Assembly: GCF_006345805.1 (NCBI RefSeq)
Contig: NC_043010.1
Coordinates: 57,970,001-58,034,000, forward strand
From: Octopus sinensis
Taxonomy: Eukaryota
Direction: 5' to 3'
Length of the DNA: 64,000 nucleotides
The notes beneath the pieces are model-generated. The model saw only the letters and a program-made list of their open reading frames with translations, was not told where the DNA came from and made no database searches. Shown here piece after piece: positions 41,318 to 54,987 of the stretch (position 1 is its first letter; every line of letters starts with the position of its first letter). A program made the position numbers and the translations under genes.

Positions 41318-41700
41318 GTGGAGGTGCTATGGCTCAGTGGTTAGGGTAGTGGACTCGCAGTCATAGGATTGCGGTTTCGATTCCCAGACCGGGCGTTGTG
41401 AGTGTTTATTGAGTGAAAACACCTAAAGCTCCACGATGCTCCGGCAGGATATGGTGGTGATCCCTGCTGTACTCTTTCACCACAACTTTCTCTCACTCTT
41501 ACTTCCTGTTTCTGCTGTACCTGTATTTCAAAGGGCCGGCCTTGTCACTCTCTGTGTCACGCTGAATATCCCCGAGAACTACGTTAAGGGTACACGTGTC
41601 TGTGGAGTGCTCAGCCACTTACATGTTAATTTCACGAGCAGGCTGTTCCGTTGATCGGATCAACTGGAACCATCGTCGTCGTAACCGACGGAGTGCTTCC
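41318..41700 (+). mobile_element. tRNA-derived SINE family A (body 2), young CpG-rich copy
   Basis: A-box tggctcagtgg and B-box gtttcgattccc; many retained CpGs; flanked by (TA)n on both sides. Confidence 0.92.
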
Positions 41701-42337
41701 ATATATATATATATATATGTATATACACATATATATATGTATACACACACATATATATATGTATACACACATATTTATATGTATATATGTATACACACAT
41801 ATTTATATGTATGTATGTATACACACATATAAATATGTATATATGTATACACACACATATATATATGTATATTTATACATATACATATATATATTTATAC
41901 ATATACATATATATATTTATACATATACATATATATTTATACATGTGTATGTATGTATATGTATGAATATATATATGTATGAATATGTATATATATATAT
42001 ATGTATATATATATATGTATGTATATATACATGTATATATGCATGTATGTATATGTATATATGCATGTATGTATATGTATATATGCATGTATATGTATAT
42101 ATGCATGTATGTATATGTATATATGCATGTATGTATATGTATATATGCATGTATGTATATGTATATATGCATGTATGTATATGTATATATGCATGTATGT
42201 ATATGTATATATGCATGTATGTATATGTATATGCATGTATGTATATGTATATATGCATGTATGTATATGCATATATGAATGTATGTATATGCATATATGC
42301 ATGTATGTATATGTATATATGCATGTATGTATGTATA

Positions 42338-42384
<47 letters not shown>

Positions 42385-42385
42385 C
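41701..42385. repeat. Compound purine-pyrimidine microsatellite containing a 22-bp higher-order unit (GCATGTATGTATATGTATATAT)
   Basis: About 13 units between ~42040 and 42330; similar long RY tracts at 31200-31745, 35090-35400, 39885-40620 and 42885-43265. Confidence 0.9.
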
Positions 42386-42608
42386 CATATCACATTGACA
42401 GTCAACATTACACACTATGGAACTACTTTGCAGGAACAATTTAACTGATATAATAATAATGATAACAATAATAATAATAAACCTCTCTACCACTGTAATA
42501 ACAGGAATATTAATGATGATGATCACAATGATGATGATGATGATGAATGTAAAGAATAACCAAAACAAAAATTATAAAGTAACAGATGAAAATAACTGTT
42601 AAACAAAT

Positions 42609-42645
<37 letters not shown>

Positions 42646-42886
42646 CAGTAACATAGTGTGACAGTTGCACAGATCTACACACACACATACAGGCAAAGGC
42701 ATGCTACACTATACACACACGGCTGGAGGCGGTGACTCAAATACACATGCAGTCCTACATCCAGCCACACACACACACACACCAACATCACTACACACAT
42801 CCACACATTGCGGCACACTTGACTTAATGAAAAAATCCAACTTATTCTCTACAATATTTGTTGAAGACACAATGGCGACAATTGTA

Positions 42887-42934
<48 letters not shown>

Positions 42935-43175
42935 CACACACATATATACATACATAAATATATGTATATATACATATGTATATATATACATACATATATA
43001 TTTGTATATAAATATATATATACATATATATATATAAATATATATATACACATAAATATATATCTATATGTGTATGTATATATACATATGTATATAAATG
43101 TATATAATTATGTGTGTATATATATACACATATATATATGCATATATGTATATATATGCACATATATATTTATAC

Positions 43176-43206
<31 letters not shown>

Positions 43207-43479
43207 TATATATATATACATACACACACATATATATACATATTGACATATGTGTGTGTGTATATGCATTCAGTTTAAGAGTCCTGCTGTGTAAGTGCCC
43301 CTCAGTGCACGCACATCACACACCGTTCACACACGCACGCACCCAGCTGTCAGCTCGGCACCAATTCCACTCCCAACTCATCCTGTATTCCTTGTAGATT
43401 TTGTTATTGTTTATGGAAATGTCCATCTTTCCAGGAACGGTTCAATGGAGTCGTGTCACTGGAAAGACGGAGGCATACA

Positions 43480-43510
<31 letters not shown>

Positions 43511-43575
43511 TGAATGGAGTAGGAGGCTTAGAAAGACTGAACAGAGAGAAGTGGCAAAGGAGAGAGATCAATATT

Positions 43576-43612
<37 letters not shown>

Positions 43613-45338
43613 GAGCATTGAAAGAGAATGATGTTTATGACTGGGTGAGAGAGAGAGAAAGAGAAAGAGAGAGATGTATAACATGTGGTAGAGAGAGTGT
43701 AGAGAAAGAGAGTGAAATGAAATTGAGAGACGAAAGAAGCATGAAATGAAAAAGAGAGAGAGAGAGATGGGGAAGGGAATGATTGGGATGAGGATGGGGA
43801 AGGGCTTGAGGGAAAAACATGAAAAAAAAAACCAAAATAACTGTTGGCCCCTTCTTCTTCTTGCTGTTGTTCTTGTTCTCTTTCTTCTTCTTTTCTACTG
43901 TGTGTGCGTGTAGGAGTGTTGGTTGTTGCTGTTGTGGTGTTAATTCATTTCCTCAAACACACACACACGCACGCACACACTTTCCATCACCCCCCCACCC
44001 TGCCCCACTATCACTATTCTGGCAGCCAAGGGGTCAAGGCAGTGACTTCAGTATGAAAACACACCTGGCCTCTGGCTTGCTTGACCGGATCCTTCGTTTC
44101 CACCCCTACCCAGCTCCGGCACCAGTACAGGCTGCTGTCGCCACCAGCACCACCACTCACACAACCACCATTGCTCTGATCCAGCAAGATATATGATCAA
44201 AGACACTCCAATCATGACTACCACTGCCAACCAAGACAACATTGTAGGCGATGTGTCTTTCTCCTTTCAAAACAATGGGGTGTGATTTGAGGACAATTTG
44301 ACTGCCATTTCCAGCAGATTGATGTATTGCCCACACAGAAGTGCTGTTGCCAAAGCTGATGACCAGTGATTAAGCAACAACAACAACAACAACAACACCA
44401 CCACCAACACTACTACCAACACTAACCCTACACCCTCGACTTGCCACCGTCGCCATGACCACAACCACCACCACCACTACCACCACCACCACCAACACCA
44501 CCACTACTACCAACACCAACACCACCACCACCACCGCTGTAAAAAATAATAGAGAAAACAAAGGGAAAAACAAAATGTTGTTTTGGTGTCCAAATGTGGT
44601 GGGGGGGAGGGTTTTGTCATGGTTTCTGGACACAAAAACCACAAGAACAACAAAAAAAAGAAAAAATACAACAAAGAAATAACGAAAACATGTGTGGATG
44701 TGTGTGTGTGGATCTGGATATATGTAAGTGGGGGGAGGAGGATGAGGAGAAAGAGTAGGTGTAGGAAGAGGAGGAGGAACAGGCAGGTTAAAAAAGAAAA
44801 AAGAGGGGGATGTGTAGTGAGTGTGCGATGTGGCGGGGAGGAGATAGGAAGATGAAAGAGGAAGGAACGGGGGGTGGGGGGGTAGAGATGAATATATGAA
44901 TGAAAGGGGTAGATGAATGAAAAGGGGTGGATGTATAAAAAAGAGAAGTCTTGGGACTTATTGCTATAGACTAAACCTTACTAGAGAAACCCACTAGTGT
45001 TCAGGTGGATTCTGCCTACGGTCACCAAGGTGTCACCTTCTAAAGGATCACACTTTGGGAAAAATGTCTTCTTTTAAAATTTATTTTTGGGATTTATTAT
45101 TAGTATTATTAATATTTTTTTTTGTATTTTCGTTTAATTTTCTTTTCTTTTTTTAATATGTGTGTTTCTTTCTTTACATGACAATATATAAAAGAATGGA
45201 AACCATGGAATTTGAAACCTTGAAAGCTAGACTTAAATAATGATAGAATTCTTCTGCACTATGTTGGTCTTGTTTAATAAGGGCAGGAAATGAAATGGCA
45301 TATTAGACAACAGCAACAGAAATAACAACATCAACAGT

Positions 45339-45396
<58 letters not shown>

Positions 45397-45639
45397 GCAA
45401 CAATATCACATGAGTGATAACTGTTTGGTCAGGTATGACTGTTAGCAATCAGTCAAGTGTGACTTGTAATGATGTGTACAGGGTCTCAAAGAAGAAACAT
45501 TGAGCTTTTTGTTAACAAAAGTTCAGCAGGGTGTGGGATTGCCAAAGAGGTTTTTGGGGTATGTAGGAAGCTTACATGACAGTATGGGTATAAAGGGTGG
45601 GTAAGGAAGCTTGCATTTTGCCACAGTTTCATTGGAACA

Positions 45640-46200
45640 AAATAAACACCCTGTAAGCCCAATGAATTTGAAGTTTAAAAAACAAAACACCTCAGTTGGC
45701 AAGGGTCTCTAATATGAAAGGTTTATGGTAAATAAAACAATTTTCCCATGAAAAACAATTTGTTGTTTTCCCCCTGGGGCGGGGGTCTACCCAAGGAACA
45801 TTAAAACAATATAGACTTACTCAGTTCTTTGCAAAACAACTTATCTTCTCAAGGATATATTATAAAACAATTTATATTCCCGAGGGTTTATTTAAAACAA
45901 TTCATGTCCCTTTAATAATATTAAAACAAATGCTTCACAGGGTTTGCTGTAAAACAAATTATGTCACTAGGGGTTAATTATTTTAAAACAGCCTATGGTC
46001 CCATTGGTTTGCTGTCTAACAACTCAGATTATATCCTCAAGGGTCTGGTTTAAAACAAGTTATGTTCCCAAGGTTTTGTTCTTAAACAACTTCTGTGTTC
46101 CTATGGGGTAAATATATTAAACACTTATGTCCCCAAGGGTCTCTAATAAAAGCCCCTCATGAAGGTTCATTATATAATAATGCATATCCCCAATGGTTTG
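45640..46200. repeat. Old degenerate ~30-bp minisatellite (AAAACAA..TTATGTTCCCAAGGGTTT)
   Basis: aaaacaa anchor recurs about every 27-35 bp, followed by ttat(g/a)t..cc..agggt. Confidence 0.7.
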
Positions 46201-46781
46201 GGATTAAAAAAAATAGGGAGATGTGTGAATGAATAATGGTGGGTGGCCATGTTAGGATTTATCGTTGAATGTCAGGGTATTTTGTCATTTCTGATGGGGA
46301 TTTGTTAAACAGGGTTGCAGACAGAGCCTTATTTTTTCGAAGTCCTTGTTGGAAGCTGAAAAAAAAGAGAAAAAAGTTAAGAAGTCCTCCATTGAAAAAA
46401 CTGTTTTCAAGTGAAGAAAACTCCAAACTACCCCATGGTACTCCATGGTACCCCATGGTACACTATATCATAATCTAACATGGGGTATTATAATCACAGC
46501 AGAGTGTATTGTGCTACAGCATACAATAGCATACCATGCCATACCATACCATACTGCATGATATCATGTCATATCATTATATATCACACCATGGGCCATG
46601 CCATAAACATACCTCACTAAAGAATACATCAGCAGAACCTTGTACAAATACCGTTTCACCTACATACACTCACATATACTCTCACACAAGTTTCAGAAAA
46701 TAGATCTTTGTTACTTTCATCAATAAATAATCAGGCCCTTTGACTAACTCATTGTGCTGTAAATGGTCGAGTATTCCACAG

Positions 46782-46820
<39 letters not shown>

Positions 46821-47224
46821 TATTCTGAATGTAATCTTCTGACAGGATCAATGACACAGAGTGTCACAAATTTAACCCTTTCAATTGCAAGTAGAGTCCA
46901 TCCAGAGGGCTTCCCCACTGTTTCCTTCCTGTTTCGCTCACAACAGTTGGGTATGACCAGAGACATACACACATAAGTTTACAGTAAAAATATTTCTTTA
47001 CCTTCACCCGTTTAATACAATAAATGAGTTAATTGCATTGTAATTAAAAGCATTTATGTATTAAGAATCTGGGTACTTTACCAACAGTATATTGGATAAA
47101 TGCTATCCCACACTGGGTTACACCCATAACCCCTATCTTACTTTATATATATGCTACATATATAACACATACACTTGCACACACACACATACATATATAT
47201 GCATGTGTATATATACAGAGTGGG

Positions 47225-47650
47225 CTACAGTGAAATGCAGGCCTTCAAACTGAAATGAGCAATTTGCACCAAATGCTGAGGTCTGTTGTCAAAGCACGTG
47301 ATATTATTGCACAACAATGTGCACCCACATACGGCCACACACACTGCTGAAACCATTGGAAAATGGAGTTTCAAGTTGCTGGAACACCCTGAGGGCAATC
47401 CAGACTGCAACCCTTCTGACCATCACCTCTTTGGGCCACTCAAACATCCTTTACAAGATTGTTATTTTGCTGTGGATGAAGAAGTGTAAGAAGCAGTGCA
47501 TAGATAGCAGCACAACACTCAGCCATAACCCTTTTCCCCTGATGGAATCTGCCAGCTTGGGAATTGCTGGAAGAACTGCACCGGAAAACCAAAAGACGAT
47601 GTTGCAGAAGGATGGAATTGGTTCTTTGCCTGTTTTTGTTTTAATAAAAT
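47225..47650 (+). mobile_element. Mariner transposase pseudogene fragment (C-terminal catalytic part)
   Basis: LLSKHVILLHNNVHPHTA..LLEHPEGNPDCNPSDHHLFGPLKH..FAVDEEV corresponds to mariner HDNARPH / YSPDLAPSDYHLF motifs, with stop codons. Confidence 0.85.
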
Positions 47651-47973
47651 ACAGAAACTGATGTGTGTACAATGTTTGATATACCCAGGTGTATGCATAC
47701 GTGTATGTATATGATATATATATCTACATATCTGTGTGTATACATATATACATACACACATATACAATTGCATATGTCTCTCTTTGTGTATGGGTAATTG
47801 TAATTTAATACTAATTTAATACAGAAATATATTGAGGTATGAAGCATGATCAGTTGACAACCATGTCATATACAGATGGACATGTTTGTGGCTGTCCATT
47901 GTATCTTCTAATGGGTATCCTTTGATGAGCAACACCAATGGAGTCACACGAGTGACTGGAGAAAGCTGACTGC

Positions 47974-48012
47974 TACCCTCTACTGGGTACCCTCTACTGG
48001 GTACCCTCTACT
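47974..48012. repeat. 14-bp tandem triplication (TACCCTCTACTGGG)
   Basis: taccctctactggg-taccctctactggg-taccctctactgag. Confidence 0.85.
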
Positions 48013-49739
48013 GAGAGAAAACTCTAGAAGTAACAATATTTCATTGTCACAGACATGTGTGTGTATGTGTGTGTGCGTGTGTGTGTGATACCCAATGGCC
48101 ACAACAACAACCAACACTACTGAGATCCAACACCCTTGATCCACACTGCAGGAGGACACATCTATATAAGGAAGCTTCATTGGAATATAAAGGGTAGATG
48201 TCCCCCTTACCCCCAGTGTCACTATGATCCCTGTAAAGGAGCTAGACCCAGTGACAAGGTTGACACAAGACAACTGCTACCCCTCCACCCAGCTTCAAGA
48301 CTGCAAATCCAGTCTTTTAGAAAAGAAAGCTGATGCTCACAGCTTGTTTCTCCATCAGAGGGTTATCCTTTCACCCTTTCGTCCTAGACCCACCCACAAA
48401 GCAACAGGGCAGTGCACATAGCTTGCTCCCTTTTTACCCCTCACCTAGATAAATGTTCTGACAACAATGAGATGACCATCACCTCCAAAAGTAATGCAAC
48501 TCTACACTTGCTCACCATCACAAATCTTTTGCTAGATCAATGCTGACCCTAGACTGGAATCGCTTATCCTTTTGAAGGGCCCCGCCTTGTTTTTTTGCTC
48601 TATTGGGTTTGTTTCTAGTAATTCCCTTCACCCAGCCACTCTGGCAGCTGGGTGATTGGGACAGGGTGGAGGAAGTGCCAGTTTGGTTGCTGACCACCCC
48701 TCATCATCTGACTCAAATTGTTAACGACAGTAGCACTCAGAACAACCTCTCATACACACACACACATGCATTCATACACGCAAACGCACTTACACACACA
48801 ATCATACATGCTTGCACACAAGATCGCCAGTGAGGTTGATGTGATATATATTTAGTGTATGTTAAAAATATCCTGGGGTAGGAAGGGACTTCCAAAAAAG
48901 TCTTAGTAACGGGCAGAAAGGATTGGTTCATTATTTAATTTGGGATGTGAGTGGTGCAGACAATGAATTAAGAGCAGGACTGTCAAGGAGATGGGGACGA
49001 GCAAAGAGGGGAGACAGGTGAGGACGTTTGGTAGCAAGAGTTGTTTAAAGGCGGATTATCCCTGACTGAGCCAAACTTTGGATAAAAGACTTCCAGTTGT
49101 GGTTGTTCCTGCTCTTTTCTAGCTACTTAGCATATCTCCAACTACATTGGCCAGTGTGTCACTTCCCTTTGTCGACAGGAGAGAGAGTAATCAGAGAATA
49201 ATACTAATTGATCCAACAGCTGCTATGTGGAGGTTGTAGAGGCTCCTACATGCCCTGATTTCTGTCGGTAGTCAAAGTCACAGCACCATCCTATATAGGT
49301 TACTAGCATGGCATTGTGGGTCTTAGTTGAGTTTGTAAAGGATCAGAAAGTGGCCAGCAAATGGCTAGTAAATGACCAGTAGGTGGTCACTAAATGGTCA
49401 ATCAGTGGTTAATAGGTAGCCAAGTAAGTGACCAGTAGTTGTTCAATATCTGAAGCAATTTCTGACACTGAAGAAGCAACCTGTTCTCTGGGATGTGCAT
49501 CAATTCATTGATGATGGATGAACTCCACAACTTTGATTGGCTTTCATGTTTGCAGATGTCTAATGAGATCAATTCTGGCCCAGACATAATGATCACATGT
49601 GACTGATGGTTTCATTTGAGGTTTTGGTTAATTAGACTCTGTGAAATACACATTTACTTTCTGCTGCCTGAAGGCATGTCTCTTGTGAAGATTTTACATC
49701 TTTACAATTGATTAGGGATGCACAATAGGGGACCATTGT

Positions 49740-50010
49740 GATCAAGCAGTTCTTAGGATTTTGTCTTTCACTGTTGCAAAAGCCTATCCTTCTTCTGTGT
49801 TTCTTCTGGCCATAACTCGCCTTCCTCTTCTCTGCATCGAGTTCTTCACAATGGAATTATTTTGCTGTGACATATTGTGCATCCAGATGACGTCGTTAGT
49901 CCAACTAAGCTGGTTCTTTGGCAACAAAGTATTGACGAATTCCAGCTATGGGAGGAGCACTTCTATGCTTGGAACCTTGCCCAGCCATTGATTGTGGAAT
50001 TGTGTGTGGA
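49740..50010 (-). mobile_element. RTE-clade LINE C-terminal fragment, decayed
   Basis: Minus translations QWLGKVPSIEVL and EELDAEKRKASYGQKK resemble the RTE C-terminus. Confidence 0.55.
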
Positions 50011-50521
50011 GACATAGAATAGAACTGTAGTATTTGAGGATACAGATGGTAGTTTGTGTCAGCAGAAAGTAAGAGAAATTAGTGAAACTTTGGAAGAGAT
50101 TGAATGGCAAGAAGAAGGAAAGAAATGCAAACTACTGGGGAGTGAGGGGAGCGATGTTTTTTTTTTGTTTTGTTTTTTTCAGGGAGAAAATAAATATCAA
50201 GTAGTGATGAAATATATACATATATACTGGAAGAGGTTATTGTTTGGGATGTGTTTCTGCTAATGTTATAAGGGGGTAACAGCCATAAGGAAATATAAAA
50301 GAATCACAAGGACTAGCATTGGTAGTGACATTAAAGATTTTATTTCAGTTATTTTTCAGTCAAGACAAGGGAGGGGTTTGTGTGACTGTTTCTAAATATG
50401 GGTTTCAGTCTTTGTTCTGCTGTAGAAAAAAATGTGGTCCAGAAGATATTAGATACTTTTGAGTTTGATAACATTTGTAATAGATATTTCTGAGTGTGAT
50501 AACATGTATATTACATACTGA

Positions 50522-50730
50522 TTTCTACTATAGGCACAAGGCTTGACATTTTAATGGGGAGGGTGGATTAAATGAAGACCATTACATGACTGGTATTTTA
50601 TAAATCAAGCTGCTGGGAAGGAGGAATGTCCAAATAGACCTCAGCAGGATTTGAACTTGGAACATAAGGGGCCAAAACAAAATACCACAGAGCACTTTAT
50701 TTGATGTTCTAACAATTTCAGCCAAGCCAT
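50522..50730 (-). mobile_element. SINE family D, decayed
   Basis: ttctactataggcacaaggc..actggta..gacctcagcaggatttgaact matches family D. Confidence 0.7.
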
Positions 50731-53700
50731 TCTAATGCTAAGGAATAGCAAAGAAATAAAGTTGTGTTATGTGAGGGACAACTTGATATTTCTAGGGGAC
50801 AAACTGTGACAAAGCGTTGACTATTGGCTGGGTCAGGCTACAGCAGCCACTTCTAGTGGACGACAAAGGTGGTAGTTTCAGAACAAGGAATAAAAATTGG
50901 AAGGAATTAGGTAAGAAGGGACTAAATCTAACATCTTGTAGATAAATATTTGATAAATTTCAGCTGGGTGTTGGTATGGATGAGGAGCAGCACATGGCTA
51001 AGGGGTCAGAAACTGGGATTAAGTTTACTTGGAAGGAAACGGGAATGATAATGTTTGCTAATGTTATATATTATGGGATAGTTGGGGGACTAAACACTAT
51101 GCCAGGGACAGAGTGGGACTAAGGAGTCATTTCTCTGGAAGAACATTGGTGGAGTAAGGGGAAATGGTCAATGTGAGGGTGTTACTATGAGGAGTTTCAC
51201 AACAATGTGTATTAATTAGGCAGGGAGATGATGGAAAATAATGAGTGATGTGATTAATGATTGATCAACTTTAACGATAACAAGAAATGAGGAAAGTATG
51301 AAGACAGTTTGACTGACATACAATAATATTCCTTTCACTGGTGAAGAAGTTTCACACCATAACAATGGGGTTTTAAGTTCAGTCCCACTGAGGGGCACCT
51401 TAAACAAGTATCTTCTTTCATAGCCTTGCATCAACCAAAATCTTGTGTGGAATTTGGTCAGTGAAAACTGTGTAGAAGCCAACCAAGAGAATTATTCCTT
51501 TTCTTGGGTGGTTAATACCCCGCCCGGTGGCCTTCTAGCAGAGTGTGTGCCAGCATTTGGGTCGGGTGTCCAGTTTGAGGTAAGTTCCTATCCACCCTTG
51601 CCCATCATGCTCTGAGGCCATACATATGCTCTCGGGCAGTTCCTGCCTTCTCTATCTAAACCAAATAATAATAATAATAACAACAGCTTGTTCCAGAAGG
51701 TGTTTGTAGAACTGATTAGTACAAAGCAGGTACCAACTGGTGGGGGTGGGGTGGGGCAAATACTGGACCCAAATCACAAGATTAAACAATAAAGGTATTT
51801 AAAGCGGGAAAATAATAGTGGACGGCAGAAGTGGGTTCAATATCACAGAAAGTCGGTTATATTACTGTATGTTGATGGGAATATTATATATTTGGTGGAA
51901 CATTTATAGAAATTAGGAATTAAAAACATTCAGCATAGAAGTGACCTTTGACCTGGTCCTTTAACAATGTAAAACAACAAGAATACTTGATGTTGATGAA
52001 GGGTCATTGGATGGGAAGCAGTTACAATCAGGAGGACAAAGGTCAACAAGAGTCAGTATGGAATTTAATAGAGGGACAATTAATTGCCCCCTTTTTCTTC
52101 ATCCTAATACTGACCACAACCACATGGAGGTTCAGAATATAATGCAGAGGGGTGATTAAGGGGGCAGCATTTCTAGCTAGATTCAGTTCATTGTTGTAGG
52201 GGACACAACTACTTTGGGATTCAGGGTTGGAAGACAAGGAGAACTTCTGAACGCTGATGGAATTGGTTATGCAGAAGGTGCAACGGGACAAATAGAAAGA
52301 GTGCATCAGATGCACAAACAGAAAATACCAGCAACAATGATGCACTTTTGAACCATAGAGTTAGGTCAAAGATGAAAGCCAAATGGCAAGACACATTTAC
52401 AAATGCGGGTTCTAATAGAAGAATCAACAAAAGAAGTAAATGAAGATGATGATGACGATGACAATGGCGATGCAATGACTGTGTTAATGATGTTAATGAT
52501 GATAATGATAATTGCAATAATGATGGTGATGATGATGACAATGATAATAGTGATAATGATGATGATGATGATGGAGATGATGGGGTTCTTAACTGGTCAC
52601 ATAGTATGAGGTAATCGTACACAACTGCAGAGTGTCCTCCTCCACTCACTCCAATGTTTGTTATTAGAGTAGGACAGTGGAGTGTGCACTTACACTCCAC
52701 TCCAATTTTGGATACTTCTATAAAGCTTATGGAGTATGTACTTCCACTCAAATGTTTGTTCTTTGCTTGGGACCCAAAAGTGAAAAAGCAGCAAGTGGAG
52801 CTATTATTGTTGTTTGGCCCCAGGTCAGCACTGATTAAACTTATTTACAAAGACATTCCAACCACGACCATTTCCTGTGGCTGCTGCTTTAATACATTTA
52901 CATTTGATTTGATAGAAAGAAGGCTGCTATTCCTATCGTGTCCATTGACTATATTGGAGCTCCCTGACTGATTTGTTGCTAATCACCATTGGTCAGCTCT
53001 GGTCAAGCAGAACCATATTACTAGGGACCACTAAAGGAACTCTTATGATTCCACTTTAACAAGGGGCCATGGACAGACACAATTTGTGTTGACCACAGAT
53101 TGTAGTGTGTGTGTGTGTGTGTGTGTGTCTGTGTGTGTGTGTACAAATATACATATGTATGTATTATGTATGTATGTATGTATGTATGTATGGAGCAATC
53201 AGCTGTAACGATGTGATGTCATAGGAGCTGAGGTTGCCATTCATGAGATAAATGGTATAAAAAAAAAAGCAAAACCAAGAGTATGGCAATGACAGTTGAC
53301 ATAAAAGAGTATCCAGAGTTTGGTAGCAAGTTAGTTGTATGAATTGAAATGTTTTGTGTTTTTTTTTTCTCTTTTTCTTTAAAAAAATGTTTGTAATTAA
53401 AAATGTCAGCAGATAACTACAATTAGAAACAGAATAAGGAACAACAACAGCAGTTTTTTTTTTCTCCCACGTGGTATTGACCCCGAACCTTTTGGATCAC
53501 TACTGCCCAATTTAAAAAACCCATCACACTAAACCTACAAGTGGTTCAGTTGGTGTTATATATTTATAAAATAAACATTAATTAGCTAATTAAAAATAAT
53601 TATTTAATAAGGAAAAGACCATATTAATTAAAAGACTGACAGTTATTTCAGCAAGCAGGGTACATAACTCAGACAAGTTTCAGTCTTATTAGACCTTATA

Positions 53701-53898
53701 ATGTAGTCATTAGTATATCACATAAAAATTTAACATTAGTTCCTCCCTTTTATACTCTGTCAAGGCTTGACAATACCTTTCATCTAACAAGTGATTAATA
53801 AAATATATACCAGTCATATACTGAGAGAAACACACCAACAATACCATCATCCCACCCCCACCAAAATTTGCATCCTTTTTATAAAATGTTAAAATTGA

Positions 53899-54455
53899 TA
53901 TTATTATTATTATTATTATTGAGAGAGCAGTGCATGCCATCAAAAGGACACGGCTGTACAAATATATGAAGCCCAGTATACCCATCATAACTACCCGTCT
54001 TATAGTACACCAAGCACATGCATCACAACCATATGTGTGTGGCATAATGACCTCATATCAAGATAAACAGCGCATGACTTTGCAGTGGGGGGAGGGCTCT
54101 CTTAGAATTTTCTTCAGGTTGAGTTCAAAAGTTCTCACTCAAAAGGTCCCTGAATAAGGGTTATTTTGAATAAAACACCCATGTTTCCAGAGGTGAATTA
54201 TTCAAACCCCAAAGAATTCCTCTCAACACATGGCTATGATGCTCCCCCACTACTTCTGCTTGAGATCAGAGATGCACATATCATCAGCCACTAGGGGACA
54301 TGCTCAACTGGTTAAGGTCAAACAACTGACAAGAAATTCTGTGGTGTTGAGCAGAATATTTGCTGTAGCCCATCTTTTATACCAAGACAAAACAATGTAC
54401 ATGATAATACTTCCAATCAGTTAAGGATGAGAGCCATTGCCTGGTTCTGCATCAC
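53899..54455 (-). mobile_element. Family E copy
   Basis: Colinear with 21890-22452; (ATT)n at the left edge. Confidence 0.85.
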
Positions 54456-54954
54456 AGCATTTCTTCTTCTTATTATTATCATTGTATTGCAGGGAGGGTA
54501 TTTAGTCACATCGCTACAATACTCTGAGATCAATTTCCACCATGTCTGATTCCCTTTCTGCCCTTCCAGCTTCAAGAATATAGAACTCAATTGAATTCTG
54601 GGATTGATTCAATTAACTGATTCCCTCACAGCCAACCAACTCATGTCAGTACATTAAGAATCGTTATTCATCCAAATATTTTTGTATCAGTGAAGATTTG
54701 GTGGTTGTAATTGTCCAACATTACATTCTTTGTATAAATATTTCTTAATTCCCTCCGTCACCAATTTTTTTTTTTACTTTCGGTTTTGTTTTCAAATAGT
54801 TCATAGCGAGGAAAATAAAATAAGATGGAATTTTTAAAGAATTTTTACTATTCCCAGAAGATAAGAGATATTGCAAGGATAAGGAGTCAACCAACTGTTT
54901 CAAGCAACAAAATTAAATTTTATGTACACACACATATATGCATGCACATATGCG

Positions 54955-54987
<33 letters not shown>

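Noticed and set aside
30808-43400. Numerous long [12 protein letters not shown] ORFs (e.g. 31201..31737, 41651..42448, 41873..42568)
   Set aside because: Translations of (TA)n/(CA)n/(TATG)n microsatellites, which lack stop codons in several frames; no coding signal.
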